Of a DNA stretch of 32,000 nucleotides, positions 21,059 to 28,316 are shown in pieces. Positions within the stretch are counted from its first letter, which is position 1. The number at the start of each line of letters is the position of its first letter. The DNA lies in the NCBI RefSeq assembly GCF_009872365.1, contig NZ_WXYH01000111.1, positions 127,791 through 159,790 of the forward strand, written 5' to 3'. The notes beneath the pieces were generated by a model, which worked only from the letters and a program-made list of their open reading frames with translations, did no database searches and had not been told where the DNA came from. The translations under genes were made by a program, and so were the position numbers. This stretch comes from Rhodococcus sp. T7 (GTDB lineage: Bacteria; Actinomycetota; Actinomycetes; Mycobacteriales; Mycobacteriaceae).

Positions 21059-21335
21059 GGAGCGGTCTGAGCTTCGCGCCGACGACCGATCTACCTGGTC
21101 AGCTCGGCACGCCAAGGGGATACCCAGCGGCGCTCCGGTGTATGCCGATTCCGGCTGTTCGGCTTCCCGGCGACCACCGCTGTCGGTAGTGTTGCGACTC
21201 CCAGCAGGATCCGTATCGAGGAGGTGAGAACCGTGTCCGTTCGTTCAGGTCGGGTGCTCTCACTTCGCGACCGCGCGGTCGTACCGACATAAGGTGACCG
21301 GGAGAGCGCCCATCGGCATTCCGAAAGGCTCTCCC

Positions 21336-22124
21336 ATGCCAGTGTCTCTCTCCCCGTCCCTCGAATTCGTCCTCGTCACGAGGCTTCGCGCCGCCGGCTG
21401 TGTGTTCGCCGAGGACGAGGCGCGCCTGATCGTCTCCGCCGCCCGCACGTCGGACGAACTCGCCTCGATGCTCGACCGCCGCGTCGCCGGCGTCCCCCTC
21501 GAACACGTCCTCGGCTGGGCCGAATTCTGCGGGCTCCGGATCGAGGTCGATCCGCGGGTGTTCGTGCCGCGGCGCCGCACCGCGTTCCTCGTCGAGCAGG
21601 CCGCCGCCCTCGCATGCCCGCACGCGGTCGTGGTCGACCTGTGCTGCGGTTCGGGGGCGGTGGGCGCCGCGCTCGCAGACACTCTCGACGGCATCGAGTT
21701 GTGCGCGGTGGACATCGACCCCGCCGCGGTCCGGTGTGCGCGGCGCAACCTCGCCGAACCGGCCCGGGTGTTCGAGGGCGACCTGTACGCACCGTTACCC
21801 CCGGCGCTGAGGGGACGCATCGACGTCCTGGTGGCCAACGCCCCCTACGTGCCGACCGATGCGATCAGGTTGATGCCGCCGGAGGCCCGGTTCCACGAAC
21901 CGCGGGTCTCACTCGACGGCGGCGCCGACGGACTCGACGTCCAGCGGCGCGTCACCGCCGGGGCGTGCGACTGGCTCGCGCCGGGCGGTCACCTGCTGAT
22001 CGAGACCAGCGCGAGTCAGGCCCCGCTCACCGCCGCGGCGTTCGCGGAGGCCGGGCTCACCACCCGGATCGAGACGTCCGAAGACGTGGGCGCCACCGTC
22101 GTCGTCGGCACCAATCCCAGGTGA
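21336..22124 (+). CDS. PrmC/HemK-related SAM-dependent methyltransferase (actinobacterial PrmC-related subfamily), about 262 aa
   Basis: Contains LRAAGCVFAEDEARL, the SAM-binding VVDLCCGSGAVG, and a NAPY variant of the NPPY motif (VANAPYVP). The ATG at 21336 has GAAAGG 7 nt upstream; an alternative GTG lies at 21294. Confidence 0.78.
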   Translation: MPVSLSPSLEFVLVTRLRAAGCVFAEDEARLIVSAARTSDELASMLDRRVAGVPLEHVLGWAEFCGLRIEVDPRVFVPRRRTAFLVEQAAALACPHAVVVDLCCGSGAVGAALADTLDGIELCAVDIDPAAVRCARRNLAEPARVFEGDLYAPLPPALRGRIDVLVANAPYVPTDAIRLMPPEARFHEPRVSLDGGADGLDVQRRVTAGACDWLAPGGHLLIETSASQAPLTAAAFAEAGLTTRIETSEDVGATVVVGTNPR

Positions 22125-22157
22125 GCGACCACTCCAGGTGAGCGCGACCATCCTCAG

Positions 22158-22197
22158 GTGAGTGGCAAAGCGTCCCGGGGGACACTTTGTCACTCAC
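22158..22197. repeat. Palindromic REP-like element, copy 2 (inverted relative to copy 1)
   Basis: GTGAGTGGCAAAG (22158-22170) pairs with CTTTGTCACTCAC (22185-22197), with one mismatch. The reverse complement of this copy aligns with copy 1 at about 38 of 44 positions. It lies between convergent gene ends and overlaps the last 3 codons of the regulator gene. Confidence 0.8.
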
Positions 22198-22864
22198 GTG
22201 GGGAGTCGATCCGCACGCAGCAGTACCCCTCGGCCGGGGCCAGAGTCGCGTGGCGGTCCTCGCAGCCCGCGCCGTCGAGCAGCCCGGACAGCAGTGCGAG
22301 GTTCATCCCGCACACCATGTCGGTGTGCTGCCGGGCGAGCGCATGGAACGGGCAGTTGACCAGCACGATGGTCCCGTCGCTGCTCCGCGGTTCGTAACCG
22401 CACTCCGCGAGCGCCGCGGTCAGGTCGTCCTCCGAGCAGCCGAGGTCGGCGCCGAGGCCGCGCCCGAAGTCGTGCGCCCGCGCGGACAGGGCGTCGCGCG
22501 GAGAGGCGCCGGTCGCGTCGGCGTCTTCGATCGCCCGCGCGAACAGCTCGCCGGCGAGCGCGTACGTGCGTTCGGGGAGGTGCACCGCGAACTCGCGGTC
22601 GGACCGCCGGTACAGCTTGGCGGGTCGTCCCGCGCCCGGTCCCGAGCGCCCGCCGCGCCGCGCGAACTCGACCGCCAGCAGTCCCTCGTCGGCCAGTTTC
22701 TCGAGATGGAACGCGGACGTCGAGCGGGCGAGACCCAGCGCCTCGGCGACGTCGTCGCGGCTGACGGGGGACGGCTGCGTGCGCACGTGGTCGTACACCT
22801 GCCTGCGGACCGGTTCGCCGAGGGCGGAGACGGCCGAGACGTCCGAGCGTGGTGTGGCATCCAT
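22190..22864 (-). CDS. Winged-helix transcriptional regulator (ArsR/MarR-like HTH) with Cys-rich C-terminal domain, 224 aa
   Basis: The N-terminal HTH segment reads RRQVYDHVRTQPSPVSRDDVAEALGLARSTSAFHLEKLADEGLL. The C-terminal half carries NCPFH, CGMN, GC and CC motifs (7 Cys in the last 85 aa). Confidence 0.65.
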   Translation of the reverse strand: MDATPRSDVSAVSALGEPVRRQVYDHVRTQPSPVSRDDVAEALGLARSTSAFHLEKLADEGLLAVEFARRGGRSGPGAGRPAKLYRRSDREFAVHLPERTYALAGELFARAIEDADATGASPRDALSARAHDFGRGLGADLGCSEDDLTAALAECGYEPRSSDGTIVLVNCPFHALARQHTDMVCGMNLALLSGLLDGAGCEDRHATLAPAEGYCCVRIDSPRE

Positions 22865-22889
22865 GAGCCCATTGTAAAACTCAGAATCG

Positions 22890-22922
22890 TTGACTAAATT
22901 GCGCGCGGAATTCTATAGTCAA
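22890..22922 (+). promoter_or_regulatory. Promoter (TTGACT-18 nt-TATAGT) overlapped by inverted repeat TTGACTA / TAGTCAA; candidate operator of the adjacent regulator
   Basis: -35 TTGACT is at 22890-22895 and -10 TATAGT at 22914-22919, upstream of the 22950 gene. TTGACTA (22890-22896) and TAGTCAA (22916-22922) are exact reverse complements. The region is strongly AT-rich for this genome. Confidence 0.55.
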
Positions 22923-22949
22923 AGAACATAGTTTTTAGAAGGAGTCATC

Positions 22950-23387
22950 ATGGCTACCAACACACCCCACCAGGTCAGCCACGGTTCGCACACCCTGTCC
23001 GAACCCGGCTACCAGGCCTTTCTCGTGCTGCGCACGGTCTTCACGGTGGCACCCATCCTGTTCGGGCTCGACAAGTTCACGAACTGGCTCACCGACTGGC
23101 CCCAATATCTGGCGCCGTGGATCGACGACATCCTGCCGGGCACCGCGCAACAGGGCATGTACGTCGTCGGCGTGATCGAAGTGATCGCCGGAATCCTCGT
23201 CGCCGTGGCACCGCGGATCGGCGCCTGGGTCGTCGTCGCCTGGCTGGCCGGGATCATCGTCAACCTGCTCACGCTGTCCGGCTACTACGACGTCGCACTG
23301 CGCGACTTCGGATTGCTCGCCGGCGCCGCCGCCCTCGGCCTGCTCGCCGCCGAGTACGGGCGCCCGATCCACCGCCCACACACCTGA
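22950..23387 (+). CDS. Small integral membrane protein, DoxX-like, 145 aa
   Basis: Predicted hydrophobic helices (FLVLRTVFTVAPILFGLDKF, MYVVGVIEVIAGILVAVA, AWVVVAWLAGIIVNLL, FGLLAGAAALGLLA). SD GAAGGAG lies 5 nt upstream of the ATG. The family call is tentative. Confidence 0.55.
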   Translation: MATNTPHQVSHGSHTLSEPGYQAFLVLRTVFTVAPILFGLDKFTNWLTDWPQYLAPWIDDILPGTAQQGMYVVGVIEVIAGILVAVAPRIGAWVVVAWLAGIIVNLLTLSGYYDVALRDFGLLAGAAALGLLAAEYGRPIHRPHT

Positions 23388-23436
23388 TCGGAGCCGCGCA
23401 CCGCACGTGAGATGCACCTCATCGACTGTTTCGAGT

Positions 23437-23469
23437 GACACGACCGCTCGTAGGGTGAGTGGTCGTGTC
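23437..23469 (+). terminator. Hairpin after the DoxX-like gene
   Basis: GACACGACC (23437-23445) and GGTCGTGTC (23461-23469) form a 9-bp perfect stem with a 15-nt loop. It overlaps the GTG at 23459 that the ORF track uses as the next gene's start. Confidence 0.4.
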
Positions 23470-25078
23470 GGTAGGTGCGCAGGATCAGGGAACCGGATCG
23501 CGGGATCACGGTGTGCCGATCCCTGCGCCGGCCCCGGCACGGTCTTTGCTTCTCGGAGTGCCCAAGCTGGGTCGGCGCTGGCCGGGTGTGGTCCGTGCCG
23601 GCGTGGCCGTGGGCCTGCCCGCGCTGGCGGGGGTCGCGCTCGGACATTCGGCTGTCGCGGCGACCGCCACCCTGGGGGCGTTCGCCGTCGTCTACGGCGA
23701 GGGCCGCGCATACCGGGTGCGGTGGCGGGTGGTGTCGATCGCCGCTGCCGTGATGGTGCTCCTGGCCGGGGTGGGCGCGGCGGTCGGCGGGTTCGTGCAC
23801 GACCTGACCGCGTCGGGAGGGTCCGCGCTGTGGGGGATGGCGCTCGTCCTCACGATGACCGTGGTCGTCGCCGTCTGCGCCTTCGTCGTCGACGGACTGC
23901 GACTTGGCGCGCCGGGCGCCTTCCTTCCGCTGCTCACCGTGGAGATCGCGTCCGCGCTGCCCGCGCTCGGTGTCGGCGTGGCGGAGGTGGTCGTCTGGGC
24001 GGCGGTCGGCGCGTTGTCGGCGTTGCTCGTGTCGATGTCGGGACTGATCGTTCGTCCCCGCACCCCCGAGCGTGCCGCGGTCGCGACCGCGGTCGCTGCA
24101 GTAGACACCGCACTCTCCGACCCGTCGTCGCCCGGTTCCCGGCGGGACGCGGTGCGGTCGCTGCACACCGCCTGGCAATGCCTCCACGACGCCGCCCTCG
24201 TCGGCCGTGATCATCCGCTGACCCGCACGTTGCGTGCGGCGCATCTGCGGTGTGCGGCGACCGTGGACGGTGTCGACGCGGACCATGCCTCGGACGACGA
24301 CGACCTGCGGCCGCAGGTCCCGCTGCCGCGTCCGTCGATCCGCTACCGGCTCCGCCGAGCGTCGCATCTGCGGGGCCGGTCCTGGACGATCGTCGCGCGA
24401 CTGCTGGTCGCGTGCCCCGCGGCCGGTCTCCTGGCGCTGGGCTTCGGTGTCGGCAGGCCCGACTGGGCGGTGATCACCGCGGCAATGATCCTGCACCAGG
24501 GACCGGACCGGGTGCTGGGGACGTACCGCGGGCTGCACCGGTTCTTCGGAACGGTGCTCGGACTGGTCGTGCTCGCCGTGCTGTCATCGCTCGACCTGCC
24601 TGCGGCGGCGCTGGTGCTCGTGGTGGCGGGTCTGATGGCGGGGATCGAGGCGTTCCTCGTCCGCAATTACGGGCTGGCGATGGTGTTCATCACCCCGCTC
24701 GCCCTGGTTCTCGGCAGCCGCGGCACGCACGTGGACCTGACGACGGTGTCCCGCGACCGGCTCGTCGAGACCGTGCTCGGTGTCGCGGTGGCGCTGGTGG
24801 TGCTGTGGACCGTGCTCCCCGGTTCCTACCGGCGGATCCTGAGCGACGCGGACGAGCAGGTGGCCGCGACGATCGGCCGGCTCGGCGACGCCCGGGAACC
24901 GGCTGCCGTCGCCGCACTCCGCCGGGACCTCGAGTTCGACCTGCACGCCTCCACGACCGCCGCGATCACCGCCGCCCACACCGACCCGGCGTGGACCCGC
25001 GACCGGTGGCCCGAGCACCACCACCTTCACGAACTCGGCTACCGAATCCTCAGCCGGCACTTCGGACCTCGCCTTTAG
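23459..25078 (+). CDS. FUSC / aromatic-acid-exporter-like integral membrane protein (about 500-539 aa; start uncertain)
   Basis: Two hydrophobic multi-helix blocks flank a soluble linker. The second block begins GRPDWAVITAAMILHQG...TYRGLHRFFGTVLG, as in FUSC/YccS-type proteins. The true start may be downstream (for example GTG 23513), because 23459 sits inside a hairpin. Confidence 0.6.
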   Translation: MVVSVGAQDQGTGSRDHGVPIPAPAPARSLLLGVPKLGRRWPGVVRAGVAVGLPALAGVALGHSAVAATATLGAFAVVYGEGRAYRVRWRVVSIAAAVMVLLAGVGAAVGGFVHDLTASGGSALWGMALVLTMTVVVAVCAFVVDGLRLGAPGAFLPLLTVEIASALPALGVGVAEVVVWAAVGALSALLVSMSGLIVRPRTPERAAVATAVAAVDTALSDPSSPGSRRDAVRSLHTAWQCLHDAALVGRDHPLTRTLRAAHLRCAATVDGVDADHASDDDDLRPQVPLPRPSIRYRLRRASHLRGRSWTIVARLLVACPAAGLLALGFGVGRPDWAVITAAMILHQGPDRVLGTYRGLHRFFGTVLGLVVLAVLSSLDLPAAALVLVVAGLMAGIEAFLVRNYGLAMVFITPLALVLGSRGTHVDLTTVSRDRLVETVLGVAVALVVLWTVLPGSYRRILSDADEQVAATIGRLGDAREPAAVAALRRDLEFDLHASTTAAITAAHTDPAWTRDRWPEHHHLHELGYRILSRHFGPRL

Positions 25079-25112
25079 CCGGTTGTCGCCGGATTTCCGC
25101 TGTTAGGGTTCG

Positions 25113-27086
25113 GTGATGGGTCCTGTGACGGGAATCGGAACAGTATTTCGGGCCTCGTTGGCCGCGGCTCTCTGCGTCGGGGTGCTGGCCGCGTGCTCGT
25201 CGGACGAGGAACCGCAGAGCGATCCGGCGGCCACGTGCGCGGACGTCCCCAACGGCACCCCGGTGTCCAAGGCGCCGCCGCCTCCCGGCCCGGCGCCGAC
25301 CACCCAGAATCTCGCGACCAACCCCGAGATCGCCACCGTGTACCGCTCCGGGATGACGCCCGTGACCACCGCGTCGTACGCGGTCTCCACCGCCAATCCG
25401 GTGTCGACGCAGGCCGCGTGCGAGGTACTCCGGGACGGCGGGACGGCCGCCGACGCGCTGATCGTGGCCCAGACCGTTCTCGGTCTCGTCGAACCGCAAT
25501 CCTCCGGAATCGGTGGCGGCGCGTTCCTGCTCTATTACGACGCCGGGCAGAACAGTGTCGAGGCGTACGACGGGCGGGAGGTCGCGCCGATGGCCGCGAC
25601 GGAGAACTACCTCCGCTGGATCAGCGACACCGACCGCACCGAGCCCAAGCCCGACGCCCGCGCGAGCGGACGGTCCATCGGTGTCCCCGGCGTGGTGCGG
25701 ATGCTCGAGATGGCGCACCGCGACCACGGGCGGGACGCGTGGCGGGAATTGTTCGACCCGGCCATCTCCCTCGCCGACCAGGGCCTCGAGATCAGCCCGC
25801 GGATGGCCGGGCAGATCGCCGAGTCCGCGCCCGACCTGGCCGTCGACGAGCCGTCGAAGGCGTATTTTCTGAACCCCGACGGCAGCCCGAAGCCGGCCGG
25901 GACGAAGCTGACGAACCCGGCCATGGCCAAGACGCTCGGAGCGATCGCCGCGGGCGGCGCGGACGCCTTCTACACCGGGGCCGTCGCCCAGGGCATCGTC
26001 GACGCGACGGCGACCGCGTCGGGCGGCCGCACCCCCGGCCAGATGACTCTCGACGACCTCGCCAACTATCAGGCGAAGAAGCGGACACCGCTGTGCACGC
26101 CGTACCGGGACCACGAGATCTGCGGCATGCCGAACCCCTCGTCCGGTGGCACCGCGGTCGCGGCGACGCTCGGCATCCTGGAGAACTTCGACCTGTCGCA
26201 GTACGGGCCGACGAACCTCGACGACAACGGCGGAAAGCCGACTGCGGAGGCCGTGCACCTCATCTCCGAGGCCGAGCGACTGGCGTACGCAGACCGGGAC
26301 AAGTACGTCGCGGACTCCGATTTCGTTCCACTGCCCGGCAATTCCCTCGACACACTGCTGAACGAGGACTACCTGAAGCAGCGGGCCGCCCTCATCGACC
26401 CGGGCAAGAGCATGGGCACCGCGCAACCCGGCAACTTCGGGCCCGTTCCGCTCGGCGTGCAACCGCAGGACAAGGAACACGGCACCAGCCACATCTCGAT
26501 CGCCGACAAGTACGGCAACGTCGCATCGATGACGACGACGGTGGAATCGGCGTTCGGCTCGTTCCACATGACCGACGGATTCGTGCTCAACAATCAGCTC
26601 ACCGACTTCTCGGCCCAGCCGGTCGGCCCCGACGGCGCGCCCCTCGCCAACCGCGTCGAACCGGGTAAGCGGCCCCGGAGTTCGATGGCGCCGACGCTCG
26701 TCTTCGACCGCGGCAGCGACGGTTCACGCCGCGACGTCCAGTTCGCGACCGGGTCACCGGGTGGTTCGGTGATCATCCAGTTCGTCGTGAAAACGCTCGT
26801 GGGAATGCTGGATTGGGGCCTGAACCCGCAGCAGGCCGTGTCGGCGGTCGACTTCGGGGCGGCCAACACACCGGTCACCGGTGTCGGCGGAGAGCATCCG
26901 AACATCGACGCGGTCAACGACGGCGCGACCGACCCGTTGATCGTGCAACTGCGGGCGATGGGTCACCAGGTGTCGGTCGCGCCGCAGTCCAGTGGGCTCA
27001 GTGCGCTGCAGCGTCAGGACTCGGGGTGGGTCGGCGGCGCGGACCCGCGGCGCGAGGGCGCGGTGATGGGTGACGGGACGGGATAA
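25113..27086 (+). CDS. ggt: Gamma-glutamyltransferase, lipoprotein precursor, 657 aa
   Basis: Lipobox L-A-A-C. GGT motifs include SSGIGGGAFLLYYD, the autoprocessing/nucleophile Thr in EHGTSHISIADKYGN (Thr458 codon at 26484-26486), and PGKRPRSSMAPTLVF. GTG 25113 or ATG 25116 could be the start. Confidence 0.9.
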   Translation: MMGPVTGIGTVFRASLAAALCVGVLAACSSDEEPQSDPAATCADVPNGTPVSKAPPPPGPAPTTQNLATNPEIATVYRSGMTPVTTASYAVSTANPVSTQAACEVLRDGGTAADALIVAQTVLGLVEPQSSGIGGGAFLLYYDAGQNSVEAYDGREVAPMAATENYLRWISDTDRTEPKPDARASGRSIGVPGVVRMLEMAHRDHGRDAWRELFDPAISLADQGLEISPRMAGQIAESAPDLAVDEPSKAYFLNPDGSPKPAGTKLTNPAMAKTLGAIAAGGADAFYTGAVAQGIVDATATASGGRTPGQMTLDDLANYQAKKRTPLCTPYRDHEICGMPNPSSGGTAVAATLGILENFDLSQYGPTNLDDNGGKPTAEAVHLISEAERLAYADRDKYVADSDFVPLPGNSLDTLLNEDYLKQRAALIDPGKSMGTAQPGNFGPVPLGVQPQDKEHGTSHISIADKYGNVASMTTTVESAFGSFHMTDGFVLNNQLTDFSAQPVGPDGAPLANRVEPGKRPRSSMAPTLVFDRGSDGSRRDVQFATGSPGGSVIIQFVVKTLVGMLDWGLNPQQAVSAVDFGAANTPVTGVGGEHPNIDAVNDGATDPLIVQLRAMGHQVSVAPQSSGLSALQRQDSGWVGGADPRREGAVMGDGTG

Positions 27087-27221
27087 TCGATCCGATGGTT
27101 CAGACCCCGATCCGCGGGGAACCCATCGACCATGGCGAACAACGATGTGAACGATCCCCCGGACGGCACCTGGGCGTTCTTCGACCATTCCGAGGGTGCC
27201 ACAGGGAAATAGAGGCCCATC

Positions 27222-28316
27222 GTGCTCGTCAGCGACCCACGGAAAGTGGGGGTCGAAGAGGAATTCCATCTCATCGATCGCAAGACCCGGCGCCTGACCA
27301 CCCGCGCGCCGGAATTGCTGGCACGACTTCCCGACGACGTGTACGTCGACGAACTCCAGCAGTGTGTCGTCGAGGTCAACAGCGGTGTGTATGCCGACCT
27401 CGACGGCCTGCGCAGCGATCTGGAGCGGCACCGGACGGTGCTGATCGACGCGGCCGAGGGACTCGGGATCGGGGTGGCGGCCGCGGGTTCGATGCCGCTG
27501 GCGCTGCCCGCCGAGATGCACGTGACGGGGACGCAGCGCTACCGGCGGATGCTCGCGGACTACCAGATGCTCGCCCGTGAGCAGCTGATCTGCGGCACCC
27601 AGGTTCACGTCGACCTCCCCGACCGTGACGAGGCCGTGCAGGTCGCGCACCGCATCGCCCCGCACATGCCCGTCCTCCTGGCGCTCAGCGCGAGTTCCCC
27701 GTTCCGGTCCGACGGTGCCGACACCGGCTATGCCAGCGCACGGACGCTTCTGTGGTTGCGCTGGCCCAGCACCGGTCCGGCCGCGCCCGTCTCCTCGGCC
27801 GCCGAGTACAGCGCCCTGATCGACGACCTGGTTGCGAGCGGGGTGATCAGCGACCCGGGTATGGCGTATTTCGACGTCCGGCCGTCGGTGAAGCTTCCGA
27901 CCCTGGAATTGCGGGTGTGCGACAGCTGCCCGCGGCTGGACACGGTCATTCTCGTCGCCGCCCTGTTCCGGGCGCTCGTCGAACGCGAGGTGGAGGGTCT
28001 GCGCGCCGGGACCAAGGGCGTCGAGGTGGTCCCGACCCTGACGCGGGCTGCGCTGTGGCGGGCGGCGCGGTCGGGGTTGGAGGGAGACCTCGTCGACGTG
28101 CGGTTTCCGCAGGCGCGTCCCGCGTCGGAACTCGTCGGCGACTTCGTGAACTCGCTGCGACCGCAGCTCGAGCAGACCGGCGACTGGGACACGGTGGTGG
28201 AGCTGTCCGCGGAGGCGTCCGCGCACGGGAGTTCCGCCGCGAGGCAACGTCACGCGCTCGCTCGCCGGGGCCGGCTCACCGACGTCGTCGATCTGCTGCT
28301 CGCGGAGACGGCGGGC
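27222..28316 (+). other. GCS2 (glutamate-cysteine ligase family 2 / carboxylate-amine ligase) domain, aa 1-365
   Basis: See the motifs listed for the CDS. The length matches stand-alone YbdK-like proteins (about 370 aa). Confidence 0.8.

Noticed and set aside
27095-27580. 161-aa plus-strand ORF overlapping the ggt-ligase spacer and the 5' end of the ligase gene
   Set aside because: It is out of frame with the well-supported GCS2 ORF, and its translation is Arg/Pro-rich with no motifs.
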